Below, in pieces: positions 36,755 to 50,200 of a DNA stretch of 64,000 nucleotides. The DNA is taken from contig NIVC01003056.1 of assembly GCA_002269645.1 (NCBI GenBank), positions 1-64,000 of the forward strand, read 5' to 3'. This DNA is from Macrostomum lignano (lineage: Eukaryota). The position numbers and the translations under genes are program-made. Each line of letters begins with the position of its first letter. Within the stretch, counting starts at the first letter, position 1. The notes under the pieces are model-generated. The model did not search any database. It saw nothing but the letters and a program-made list of their open reading frames with translations, and was not told the origin of the DNA.

Positions 36755-37440
36755 AATAGCCCTTTCAAATCTAGTGCAATAATCCTTGGTTTATCAAAGT
36801 GCGATAATCCTTGGCTTATCAAGTGCAATAATCCTTGGCTTATCAAGTGCAATAATCTTTGGCTTATCAAGTGCAATAATCCTTGGTTTATCAAGCGCAG
36901 TAATCTTTGGCTTATCAAGTGCAATAATCTTTGGTTTATCAAGCGCAGTAATCTTTGGCTTATCAAGTGCAATAATCCTTGGTGTATCAAATGCAATAAT
37001 CTTTGGCTTATCAAGTGCAATAATCCTTCGTTTATCAAGCGCAGTAATCTTTGGCTTATCAAAAGCAATAATCTTTGGTTTATCAAGCGCAGTAATCTTT
37101 GGCTTATCAAGTGAAATAATCATTGGCTTATCAAGTGCAATAATCCTTGGTTTATCAAGTGCAAAAATCCTTACAGTAATCCTTGGTTTATCAAGTGCAA
37201 TAACCCTTGGGTTATCAAGTGCAATAATCCTTGGCTTATCAAGCGCAAAATTCCTTGGCTTATCAAGTGCAGTAATCCTTGGTTTATCAAGTGCAATATT
37301 ATTTGGTTTATCAGGCGCAGTAATTCTTGGTTTATCAAGAGCAATAATCCTTGGTTTATCAAGTGCAATATTATTTGGTTTATCAGGCGCAGTAATTCTT
37401 GGTTTATCAAGTGCAGTAATCCTTGGTTTATCTAGCGCCA
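36755..37440. repeat. 24-bp array (ATAATCCTTGGTTTATCAAGTGCA), ~28 copies, inside B1
   Basis: Direct reading; source of the LGLSSAII and ALDKPRII ORFs. Confidence 0.95.
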
Positions 37441-37489
37441 TAATTTAGGTCTTTTTAATTAGTTTTTTAATAAAAGCTAATAAAAAGTA

Positions 37490-37890
37490 CAAGACATTCT
37501 TAGAATACATAGTAGAAGACATTCTTCGAATAGAAAGTAGAATCGATTCTTAGAATACAAAGTAGAAGACATTTTTAGAATACAAAAGTAGAAGAGATTC
37601 TTAGAATACAAAGTAGAAGACATTCTTAGAATACAAATTAGAAGACATTATTCGAATAGAAAGTAGAATAGATTCTTAGAATACAAAGTAGAAGAGATTC
37701 TTAGAATACAAAGTAGAAGACATTCTTAGAATACAAAGTAGAAGACATTCTTAGAATACAAAGTAGAAGACATTCTTAGAATCAACAAAGTAGAAGAGAT
37801 TCTTAGAATAGAAAGTAGAAGACATTCTTAGAATACAAGTAGAAGACATTGTTAGAATGCAAAAGTAGAAGAGATTCTTAGAATAGATTT
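37490..37890. repeat. 25-bp array (TAGAATACAAAGTAGAAGACATTCT), ~16 copies, inside B1
   Basis: Direct reading. Confidence 0.93.
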
Positions 37891-38403
37891 ATATATTCAA
37901 CACTCACACCACGTCAATTGAGTTCAAGTCACACGAAAAGTTAGGACATAATCAATTTCTTAGGCAAGTCAGTACCAGTCTCTATTAAAGTTAGCAATAT
38001 GGTTACGCAATATAAATCAAGTGTTGTGCTATGCTTCCACACTGCGTTTTCAATACTGTGACGCAATTCAATTCAGTGTCAAAATTCTGCCAGTACACAG
38101 ACGATAAATAAAAAGCCTATTGTGATGCAATCTATTTCAGAATCAGAATTCAACCAGTCAGTTTTTTCTCTAGCATTCTTACAATGCATTTCAAGTCGAA
38201 AAGTTTGCTTGACCTTTGCAAAAAAGCATGTTTTTCGAATATTTAATCCCTTTAGCATTTAGAAATTTCTTAGCCAAGATACATGTACCGTCCCGGGAAA
38301 ATTTCTGATCGAACAGTGCAAATTCGAACAAAATCGGTTGAGCCTTTTGGGAGATAATCGATTTCGTACAAACAAACAAACATCACATTTTTAGTATTGA
38401 CCT

Positions 38404-40950
38404 ACTAGCAATCTTCGCCCCCCGATGGGGGACATCTAGATAGAATCTCTGTTCTCTACAAGTATCAATAAGATGGCCAAACAAAGCCTTCACATAGTCA
38501 ATAGAAAAACTGCTCAGATGAAGTGCAATGCAAAAAGAAAACATCCTAAGACAGCAAGCATCCCCCCAGATAGCAAGCACCACCAGATAGCAAGCACCTC
38601 CAGATAACAAGCACCCCCAGATAGCAAGCACCCCCAGATAGCAAGCACCACCAGATAGCAAGCACCTCCAGATAACAAGCACCCCCAGATAGCAAGCACC
38701 CCCAGATAGCAAGCACCCTCAGATAGCAAGCACCCCAGATAGCAAGCACCCCCAGATAGCAAGCACCCTCAGATAGCAAGCACCCCAGATAGCAAGCACC
38801 CCCCCAGATAGCAAGCACCCCCAGATAGCAAGCACCCCCAGATAGCGAGCACCCCCAGATAGCAAGCACCCCCAGATAGCAAGCACCCCCAGATAGCAAG
38901 CACCCCAGATAGCAAGCACCCCAGATAGCAAGCAACCAATTGATAGCAAGTATTGATCCTATACTAAATAGCAAGCATCCACCGGACAATAAGTAGCAAG
39001 TGCAACAATTTCCTTAGCTTTATAATGGCTCCTTTGTGATTGGCATGACGCTTCTTTTTACGTTTGAAATTGCGTCTCCTATGTTTGACATGGTGGCTCT
39101 TTAATGTTCGACATGCTGGCTTTTTACTGTTAGACATGGTGGCTCTTCTATGTTTGACGTGGTGGCTCTTCTATTTTTGACATGGTGGCTCTTTAATGTT
39201 CGACATAGTGGCTCTTTAATGTTAGACATGGTGGCTCTTCTATGTTTGACATGGTGGCTCTTCTATTTTTGACATGGTGGCTCTTTAATGTTCGACATGG
39301 TGGTTCTTTAATGTTTGACATGGTGGTTCTTTAATGTTCGACATGGTGGCTCTTTAATGTTCTACATGGTGGCCCTTTAATGTTCGACATGGTGGCTCTT
39401 TACTGTTAGACATGGTGGCTCTTTTAGGTTTGACATAATGGCTCTATAATGTTTGACATGGTGGCTCTTTAATGTTCGATATGGTGGCTCTTTTATGTTA
39501 GACATGGTGGCTCTTTAATGTTCGATATGGTGGCTCTTTAATGTACGACATGGTGGCTCTTTACTGTTAAACACGGTGGCTCTTTAATGTTTTACATGGT
39601 GGCTCTTTAATGTTTGACATGGTGGCTCTTTAATGTTCGACATGGTGGCTCTTTAATGTTCGAAATGGTGGCTCTTTAATGTTTGACATAAAGTCACATA
39701 TATGTTTGACATGGTGGCTCTTTAATGTTCGAAATGGTGGCTCTTCAATGTTCGAAATGGTGGCTCTTTTATGTTCGACATGGTGGCTCTTTTAGGTTTG
39801 ACATGGTGGCTCTTAAATGTTTGATATGGTGGCTCTTTAATGTTTCACATGGTGGCTCTTTAATATTTGACATAAAGTCACATATATGTTTGACATGGTG
39901 GCTCCTAAATGTTTGACATGGTGGCTCTTTATGTTTGACATGGTGGCTCTTTTATGTTCGACATGGTGGATCTTTTTTGTTCTACATGGTAACTCTTTTA
40001 TGTTTGATACGGTGGCTTTTTAATGTCTGACATGTTGGCTCTTTTATGTTTGACATGGTGGCTCTTTAATGTTCGACAAAGTGGCTCTTTTATGTTTGAC
40101 ATGGTGGCTCTTAATTGTTTGACATAGTGGCTCTTTAATGTTCAAAATGGTGGCTCTTTAATGTTCGAAATGGTGGCTCTTTAATGTTCGAAATGGTGGC
40201 TCTTTAATGTTCGAAATGGTGGCTCTTTTATGTTTGACATGGTGGCTCTTAAATGTTTGACATGGTGGCTCTTTAATGTTCGACATGGTAGCTCTTTTAT
40301 GTTTGACATGGTAACTCTTATGTTCGATATGTTGGCTCTTCTATGTTTGACATTGCGCTTCTTTGATGTTTAGCAGTTTTGTTGTGTTTTTAAGGTGTTT
40401 TAATAAAAAAAATCTTTTTGCACTACTAAGATTCGAACCCAGGTCGCTACATTAGCATTCTAGTCTGTTCGCATCAGGGCTATCTCTTTTCAATTGGAGA
40501 ACATGAATTGTGGCCCTTATAATTCAATTCTTACAGCAAGTCAATTGGAGTAAAAAGTTATGACATAATCAATTTCTCAGTCAGCCAGTATCAGTCTCAA
40601 TTTAAGTTAGCAATATGGTTACGCAATTTAAATCAAGTCGTGTGTGCATTTCTTTGACACTGTTTTCAACTTGTTGTGATGCAATCTTTATCACAATCGG
40701 AATTCAGTCAGTCAGTTTTTTCTCTAGCATTCTTACAATGCATTTCAGGTCGAAAGAGCTGCTTGACCTTTGCAAAAAAGCATGTTTTTCGAATATTTAA
40801 TCCCTTTAACATTGAGCAATTTCTTAGCCAAGATGCATGTACCGTCCCAGGAAAATTTCTGATCGAATGGTGCAAGTTTGAAGAAAATCGGTTGAGCCAA
40901 TTTTTCTGAAATCTATCGCATACCCACAGACAACTCATTTTTAGTATATA
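38404..40950 (-). mobile_element. Non-autonomous Helitron-like element, family B, copy B2
   Basis: Starts TATATACTAAAAATGAG; ends CCCCCATCGGGGGGCGAAGATTGCTAGT; has a 23-bp array (GGTGGCTCTTTAATGTTTGACAT, ~39080-40350) and a 17-bp array (~38530-38945). Confidence 0.8.
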
Positions 40951-40952
40951 GG

Positions 40953-43900
40953 ACTAGCAATCTTTGCCCCCCGATGGGGGACATCTGGATAGAATCCTTG
41001 TTTTTTACAAATAACAAATAGACGGCGAAATAAAGCCTTCAGAAAAAACAACAGACATTTCCTCTTAAAAACAAAACATCCCAAGACAGCAAGCATCCTC
41101 AGACAACATTCAAGCATTGATCCCCAAATAGCAAGCATCCCCCAGACTGCAAGCATCCCCCAGATAGCAAGCATCCCCAGATAGCAAGCATCCCTCAGAC
41201 TGCAAGCATCCCCCGATAGCAAGCATTCCCCCAGACCCCAGATAGCAAGCATCCCCCAGATAGCAAGCATCCCGCAGATAGCAAGCATCCCCCAGATAGC
41301 AAGCATTCCTCAGATAGCAAGCATCCCCCAGATCGCAAGCATCCCCAGATAGCAAGCATTCCCCCAGACCCCAGATAGCAAGCGTCCCCCAGATAGCAAG
41401 CATCCCGCAGATAGCAAGCATCCCCCAGATAGCAAGCATCCCGCAGATAGCAAGCATCCCCCAGATAGCAAGCATCCCCCAGATAGCAAGCATCCCCCAG
41501 ATAGCAAGCATCCCCCCCCAGATAGCAAGCATCCCCCAGACAGCAAGCAACCCCTGATAGCAAGCATAACCTGGATACAAAGATACCTTATAGATATCTA
41601 GCAACCCCCTCTCAGATAGCAAGTACTCTCCACCCCCAAGAGCAAGCATCCCCCTGATAGCAAGTATCCATCCTTAAATAGCAAGCATCCACCAGAGAAC
41701 AAGTAGCTAGTGCAACAATTTCCTTAGCTTTATAATGGTTTCATTTTGTTTGGCATGACACTTCTTTTATGTTTGAAATGGTGTCTCTTTTTTGTTTAAA
41801 AAAGTGGCTTTTTAATGTTTGACATGGTAGCTCTTTTGTGTTTGACATGATAGCTCTTTAATGTTGGACGTGGTGGCCCTTTTGTGTTTGACATGGTAGC
41901 TCTTTAATGTTTGACATGGTGGCTCTTCTATGTTTGCCATGGCGGCCCTTTTACGTTTGAAATGGTGTCTCTGTTATGTTTGACATGGTGGCTTAGTTGT
42001 TTGACATGGTGGCTCTTCTATGTTTGACATGGTGGCTCTTCTATGTTTGACATGGCGGCCCTTTTACATTTGAAATTGTGTCTTTTTATATTGGGCATAA
42101 TGGCTCAATAATGTTTTGACATGGTAGCTCTTTTATGTTTGATATGGTGGCTCCCTTATGTGTGACATGGTGTCTTTTTTATTTTTAATGTTTGACATGG
42201 AGTCATATATGTTTGACATGGAGTCATATATGTTTGACATGGAGTCATATATGTTTGACATGGTGGCTCTTTAATGTTTGACATGGAGTCACGTATATGT
42301 TTGACATGGTGGCTCTTTAATGTTTGACATTGAGTCACGTATATGGTTCACATGATGGCTCTTTTATGTTTGACATGATGGCTCTTTTATGTTTGACATG
42401 GTAGCTCTTTTATATTTTACATGGTGGCTCTTTTATGTTCGACATGGCTGATCTTGAATGTTTGACATGGTGGCTCTTTAATGTTTGACATGGTGGCTCT
42501 TTAATGTTTGACATGGTGGCTCTTTTATGTTTGATATGGTGGCTCCTTAATGTTGAACATGGTGGCTCTTTAATGTTCGACATGGTGGCTCTTTTATGTT
42601 TGACATGATGGCTCTTTTATGTTTGACATGGTAGATCTTTTATGTTTGACATGGTGGCTCTTAAATGTTTGAAATGTTGTCTCTGTTATGTTCGACATGG
42701 TGTCTCTTGAATGTTTGACATGGTGGCTCTTTAATGTTTGACATGGTGGCTCTTTTATGTTCGACATGGTGGCTCTTTTATGCTCGACATGGTGGCTCTT
42801 TAATGTTTGACATGGTGGCTCTTTAATGTTCAACATGGTGGCTATTTTATGCTCGACATGGTGGCTCTTTTATGTTTGACATGGTGGCTCTTAAATGTTT
42901 GAAATGTTGTCTCTGTTATGTTCGACATGGTTTCTCTTGAATGTTTGACATGGTGGCTCTTTAATGTTTGACATGGTGGCTCTTTTATGTTTGACATGGT
43001 GGCTCTTTTATGCTCGACATGGTCGCTCTTTTATGTTTGACATGGTGGCTCTTAAATGTTTGAAATGTTGTCTCTGTTATGTTCGACATGGTGGCTCTTT
43101 TATTTTTGACATGGTAGCTCTTTTATATTTTACTTGGTGGCTCTTTAATGTTTGACATGGTGGCTCTTCAATGTTCAAAATGGTGGCTCTTTAATGTTCG
43201 ACATGGTGGCTCTTTAATGTTTGACATGATGGCTCTTTTATGTTTGAAATGTTGTCTCTGTTATGTTTGACATAGTGGCTCTTTAATGTTCGACATGGTG
43301 GCTCTTTTATGTTTGACATGATGGCTCTTTTATGTTTGAAATGTTGTCTCTGTTATGTTCGACATGGTGGCTCTTTAATGTTTGACATGGTGGCTCTTTA
43401 ATGTTTGACATTGAGTCACGTATATGTTTCACATGGTGGCTCTTTTATGTTTGAAATGGTGGCTCTTTTATGTTTGACATGGTGTCTCTTCTGTGTTCTA
43501 CATGGTGGCACTTTTTTTTGTTTGGCATGGTGGCTCTTTTATATTTGACATTGCGCTTCTTTTATGTTTAGCATTTTGTGTTTTAAAGTGTTTTAATAAA
43601 AAAATGTTTTTGCACTACTAAGATTCGAACCCGGGTCGCTACATTAGCATTCTAGTCTGTTCGCATCTTGGCTATCTCTTTTCAATTGGAGAACATGTAT
43701 TGTGGCCCTTATAATTCAATTCTTATAGCAAGTCAGTTAGAGTAAAAAGTTATGACATAATCAATTTCTCAGTCAGCCAGTATCAGTCTCAATTCAAGTT
43801 AGCAATATGGTTACGCAATTACAATCAAGTCTTGTGTGCATTTTTTCGACACTGTTTTCATCTTGTTGTGATGCAATCTTTATCACAATTGAAATTCAGT

Positions 43901-44153
43901 CAGTCAGTTTTTTCTTTCGCATTTTTACAATTCATTTCAGGTCGAAACAGCTGCTTGACCTTTGCAAAAAAGCATGTTTTTCGAATATTTAATCCCTTTA
44001 AAATTGAGCAATTTCTTAGCCAAGATGCATGTACCGTCCCAGGAAAATTTCTGATCAAATGGTGCAAGTTTGAAGAAAATCGGTTGAGCCACTTTTTCTG
44101 AAATCTATCGCATAGCTAGTTAGTTACAGACATTTCATTTTTAGTATATATGA
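40953..44153 (-). mobile_element. Non-autonomous Helitron-like element, family B, copy B3
   Basis: Starts A|TCATATATACTAAAAATG; ends CCCCCATCGGGGGGCAAAGATTGCTAGT; 23-bp array ~41800-43550 and 17-bp array ~41085-41690. Confidence 0.8.
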
Positions 44154-44286
44154 TTTAAAATGACATCCTATACGCATTCCAGTATGTCAAATATATTCAT
44201 AACAAAAAATTACATTTTGTTAAAAGCAGAAACAACTGCTTTCGCACCTAATTACGCCAATTGTGAGTCTTCTCCTCTCCTCTCTC

Positions 44287-47200
44287 TCCTAATACTAAAG
44301 TTGGTGCGATGATTGTTTGTTTGTTTGTCTGTTTGTTTGTGTGTTGCATAACTCCTCCTAGAATACTTGCAAGTCAGCGTTGAAACTTATATGGGGAAAC
44401 TGCAAATTTTCCGGGGACTGCAGTGGGCTATTTCAATTTTTTATTTTCACATTTTAAGATCCTTAAAAAAGCAGAAAACTGATTTCCTAACCTTCTCTGG
44501 ACACTTTTTCTGCTCGGAGCCGAAAATTTGCATGATTTTGAGCGATTGCGCCACAACTTTCTCCTATCTCTGTAGTGTATTTTCTCGCCAGTGGGGGTTG
44601 GTCGCGTTCTCAGTGGCAGCGTGTGTACAAGCGGACCCCGGCTGAAAAATTGAACTGTGTGTATTTCGTGGGGTGGTGGGTAAGTAAGCGCAATTATATG
44701 GCTATTGTGCTGAGATTCAATTGGTTTTATTATCAGCGCCTTTCAATTGACTGCCCTGTGCATTGGTTAGACAGTGAAATTCAATGAATAAACTTGCGGG
44801 CCTCTTTAGCAGGCAGTGAACGTATGAACGTACACTCAATATTGCAATGCTATAAATCGGCAAATTTCAAACTCAGACTGTTGCTGGAGTTTTTAACTTT
44901 GAGAGGAGAGACTTATATTGCTGGAAAGAACTTGCAACGCTGAGTTCGGGGATATAAATTGTTTGCTTTAAATATGAAAACTAAATGCTCTGCATTGGAA
45001 AAACTATTTCCATACTTTTAACTTATTGCAAAGATTGTACTCATTTTAGGAGTTCAATGGTGTTCGACTGACCCCCCAACAGTTGGGGGGGGGGTTCAAT
45101 TTCTAATTGCCACTGCGTATTGGAAGGGGGTCGGTCGCTGTGTATTGGATGGAGGGTTGATTTAGATTGCGCAATATTTTTGTTAACTTTAACTGAGACT
45201 GATACTGACTGACTTAGAAATACGAGCGTAAATTGCGCAATCTTTTGATTCAATTATCTCATTTTTTATCGGACCTTTTCAACACGCAGCTCTGTGCAGC
45301 TCCAACCCTAACCCTAACCCTAACCACTGAATCCTGAGAGTTTAGTTGTTTGACGGAGAAACTTTCGATTGAGTCCAGTTTCACGGAGAGGATTTCTGTT
45401 TCGCGGAGAGGATTTCGATCGTGTTCAGTTTCTCAGAGAGGATTTTGATGGATTTGGAGAACAGTTAGATAATGGGATTCGGGTCTTGGGATTCAGCTGA
45501 TGGAGTTCAGGGAATGGAATTCCGGTGATGGGAGTTCTTCCCCTTTCTCCTCCATCGGAGGAGTTGGCCTCGTCGTCTAAATACTAAAAGTGGTGCGTTG
45601 TTTGTCTGTGTGATACATATCTCCTCCTAGACGACTTGCAAGTCAGCGTCGAAACTTATATGGGAAAACTGCAAATTTTCCGAGGATGGCAGTGGGCTAT
45701 TTCAATTTTTTATTTTTGCATTTTAAGATCCCGAAAAAAGCAAAAAACTGCAATATTGACCTTTGATAATCTTATTTGTCCCCTCTTTCTGCTTGGAGCT
45801 GAAAACTTGCATGAATTTTGAGTGATTGCGCCATAACTTTCTCCTATCTCTGCAGTGTATTTTCTCTCCAGTGGGGGGTGCTTGCGTTCTCAGTGGCGGC
45901 GTGTGTACACTTGGACCTTGGCGCACGGGCTGACTGTATAGACAATCGCGCAACGATATGTGCTCTGATTTTCAATTAGGCAGCCCGGTGTATTTTTTGC
46001 ACACTGAAATTCAATGCATCAACTTGCGAGCCTTTTTAGCAGGCAGGTGAACGTACACTCGATACTTCAATGCTTTAAATCGGGACATTTCAAACGCAAA
46101 CTGTTCTTCGAGTTCTAAACTTTAAAAGAATATACTTATATTGCTGGAAAGATCTCGCAACACTGAGTTCGGGGATATAAGTTGTTTGTTTTAAATGTGA
46201 AAAGAAAAAACACAGCGATCGAAAACAACTTCCATACTTTTTACTTTCTGGAAATATTGTACTCATTTTGGGGTTCAATGGGGGTTCGACCAACCCCCCA
46301 ACAGTTGGTGGGAGGGGGGGGGCGGTTCAACTTTCAATTGCCACTGCGGAAGGGGGTCAGTCGCTGTGTATTGGAGGGTTGATTTAGATTGCGCAATCAT
46401 TTCGTTAACTTTACCTGAGCCTGATACTGACTGAATGAGAAAACGGTTGCGCAATAAATTGATTCAATTAATTCATATTTTTATCGGCGCCTTTCAACCC
46501 GCAGCTCTGTGCAGCTCTAACCCTAACCCTAACTAATGAATCCTGAAAGTTGAGTTCTCTTTGACGGAGAAAATTTCGATTGGGTCCAGTTTCGCGGAGA
46601 GGATTTCTGTTTCGCGGAGAGGATTTCGATGGTGTTCAGTTTCACGGAGAGGATTTTAATGGATTTGGAGAACAGTTAGATGATGGGATTCAGCTGATGG
46701 AGATCAGGGAATGGAATTCCGGTGATGGGAGTTCTTCCCCTTTCTCCTCCAGAGGAGGAGTTGGCCTCGTCTATATATACTAAAGTTGACGCGTTGTTTG
46801 TCTGTCTGTCTGTGTGTCTGTCTGTCATTTCGACAACTCCTCCTTGAATAGTGGCAACTCAGCGTTGAAACTTATATGGGAAGATTGGAAATTATCCGAG
46901 TTCGGCTATAGGCTATTTTAATTCTGAAATTTTAATTTCTAAAATCCTCAAAAAAGCAGAAAACGGCGGTCTTGACCTTTGATAATCTTAATTGTCCCCT
47001 CTTTCTGCTTGGAGCTGAAAATTTGCATGAATTTCAAGTGATTGCGCCACAACTTTTCCCTATCTCTGCAGTGTATTTTCTCTCCAGTGGGGGGATGGGG
47101 CGTTCTAAATGGCTGCCTGTGTACAATCGGACCCTGGCTCACTGGCTGACTGTATAGACAATTGCGCAAAGATTTGTGTTCTAATTTTCAATAGGCAGCC

Positions 47201-50200
47201 CTGTGATTTTGTTGAACGTTGAAATTCAATGCATAAACTTGCGGGCCTCTTTAGCAGGCAGTGAACGTACAATCGATATTTCAATGCTTTAAATCAGAAA
47301 GTTTCAAACGCAAACTGTTGCTCGAGTTTTTAACTCTGAGAGAAAAAATTTATATTGCTGGAAAGAACTTGCAAAGCTGATTTCAGGGATATAAATTGTT
47401 TGCTTCAAATATGAAAACTAAAAGCTCTGCATTGCAAAAACTATTTCCATACTTTAAACTTTCTGCAAAGATTGTACTCATTTTGGCGAGAGGTGAGAGA
47501 TAAAGTTGGGGGTTTCGACTTCCAACTGGCGCTGTGTATAGGAAGGGGGTCAGTTGCTTTGTATTGGAGGGTTGATTTAGATTGCGCAATGTTTTTGTTA
47601 ACTTTAACTGAGACTGATACTGACTGACTGTGAAATCGGTTGCGCAATGAATTGATTCAATTAGTTCAATAGTTTATCAGTGCCTTTTAACACGAAGCTG
47701 TGCGTAGTTCTAACCCTAACCCTAACCCTAACCAATGAATCCGGAGAGTTGAGTTGTTTGACGGAAAAAATTGATTGAGTCCAGTTTAGCGGAGACGATT
47801 TCAATGTTTTAATTTTGACAAAGAGGATTTCTGTTTCGTGGAGAGGATTTCGATGGTGCTCAGTTTCACGGAGAGGATTTTGATGATGTTCAGCTTCACG
47901 GAGAGGATTTCTGTTTCGCGGAGTTAAATTTATGATTGATTTCTGCTTTATGGAGACGATTTTGATAGATTTAAGTTTCAAGGAGAGGATTTCGAAGGTG
48001 TTCAGTTTCACGGAGAGGATTTCGAAGGTGTTCAGTTTCACGGAGAGGATTTCGATGATGTTCAGCTTCACGGAGAGGATTTCTGTTTCGCGGAGATAAT
48101 TTATGATTGATTTCTGTTTTATGGAGACGATTTTGATGGATTTAAGTTTCAAGGAGAGGATTTCGAAGGAGTCCAGTTTCACGGAGAGGATTTCGATGGT
48201 TTTCAGTTGCACGGACAGGATTTCTGCTTCGCGGAGAGGATCTTGATGGATTTGGCATCTTCAATCAGTCAGAGAAGAGAGTAAAGAGAAGAATGAAAAG
48301 AGAAGAGAGATGAGATGATAGAAAACAGAGTAGAAATGAGTGGAGAGATTAGACATGACAGATGGGAGAGAAGAGGAAAGTAAGGCGGGAACGAAGGAGA
48401 GAGAAGAGAAGAGGAGAGAGGAGATGAAGGGAGAGGATATGAGAGAGGAGATATGAGATTGCAGAGAGGAGACAGGATGGAGAAGAAAGGAGGGACAAGA
48501 GCGTACAGAGGCAATAGAAGAGAGGAAAGAGAGGAGAGAGGTGAGAGGTGAGAGGAGAGAGATGAAAGATCAGAGATCAGAGATTTAAGAGAAGAAAGTA
48601 GTGAGGAGAAAGAAGAGGGTAAAGATGAGAGTGCAGAGAGGAGAGAAACGAGAGGAGACAGGTGGTAGAAAGGAGTGTAAAAACAGCAGATAAGAAAGGG
48701 GAGGGTGAGAGTGAGAGCATATAGGAAAGTGTAAAAGGGGAGCAGAGGAGAGAGAATATATAAGTGAGTAGAGAAGAGATATGAGAGAGGAAAGACGAGG
48801 GGAGAGAGGAGACAGGAGAGAGTAAATTTGAAAGACCTGGGAGAAGAGATAAAAAAGATAGTACAGATGAGAGGAGAGAGAGAGAGGAGAGATGAGAGAT
48901 GCAATGAGAAAAGAGATGAGTGAGAAAATAAGAGAGAGAAGAGATTAGAGATTAGAGAAGAGATGAGGGGAGATGAGAGTAGAGAAGAGAGAATGGAGAG
49001 GAGAGAAAAGAGAAGAGAGGAGACAGTTGATGCAGTAGAAAGGAGGGAAGAAAGATGGGAGATAAGAAAGGAGAGGGTGAGAGCGTATAAGAGATACGAG
49101 AAATGAGAGCAGAGAGAAGAGAGAAAAAAGAAGAGAGAAAGTAGAGCGGAGACGATAGATAAGTGATTAGAGATTAGATATGAGAGAGGAGAGAAAAGGG
49201 GAGAGATAAGATAGAAGATAGGAGAGTAGACAGGATAGGGTACAGACGAAAGACGAGGGAGAAGAGATAAATAAGGGAGTAGAGATAAATAAGAGAGTAG
49301 GGGTAGAGATGAGATGAGAGAGAGGAGAGAGAAGCGAGTCACGATAATAGCGAAGAGAGGAGAGAGTAGATATGAGAGACGTAAGAGTCTTTGAGCTATG
49401 GTCTTTGAAAGATTTTGTAAAGAATTTGGAGACGATTTGGAAGATAGGGTTAAAGACATGGAATTTCAGTTGATGGATATTTCAGGGAATAGAATTCCGG
49501 TGATGGGAGTTCTTCCCCTTTCTCCTCCGAAGGAGGAGTTCCACTTTCTATATATACTAAAGTTGACGCGTTGTTTGTCTGTCTGTATGTCAGTTCGATA
49601 ACTCCTCCTAGAATACTTGCAACTCAGCGTTGAAACTTATATGGGAAAACTGCAAATTTTCCGAGGATGGCTTTAGGCTATTTTAATCTTTCATTTTCAA
49701 TTTTTAAGATCCCTAAAAAAGCAGAAAACGGCGGTCTTGACCTTTGATAATCTTAATTGTCCCCTCTTTCTGCTCGGAGCTGAAAATTGGCATAAATTTT
49801 GAGTGATTACGCCACAACTTTTTCCTATGTCGCCAGTGCATTTTCTCTCCTGTGGGGGAATGGGCGCGTTCTCATTGGCGGCGTGTGTACAATTGGACCC
49901 TGGCTCACTGGCTGACTTTATAGATAATTGCGCAATGATATGGCTACTGATAAGTTTTCCTGCCTATCAATGGGCAGTCCTGTGTATTTGTTGGACATTG
50001 AAATTCAATGCATCAACTTGCAAGCAGGCAGTGAACGTACACTCGATACTTCAATGCTATAAATCAGACAGTTTCAAACGCTAACTGTTCCTCGAGTTTT
50101 AAACTTTGAGAGGAGAAACTTATATTGCTGGCAAGATCTTGCAACGCTGAGTTCGGGGATATAAGTTGTTTGCTTTAACTATGAAAAGAAAAAGCACAGC

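Larger units (their letters stand above)
35466..38400 (-). mobile_element. Non-autonomous Helitron-like element, family B, copy B1
   Basis: Minus strand starts TCAATACTAAAAATG-(GTTT)n and ends with a GC hairpin followed by CTAGT; contains 17-, 24- and 25-bp arrays. Confidence 0.75.

Noticed and set aside
36786-37448. 220-aa and 215-aa ORFs on both strands
   Set aside because: A 24-bp stop-free repeat unit keeps frames open automatically.
48269-49459. 396-aa Ser/Leu-rich ORF (and 50872-51663)
   Set aside because: The polypyrimidine strand cannot form stop codons easily; no domain recognised.
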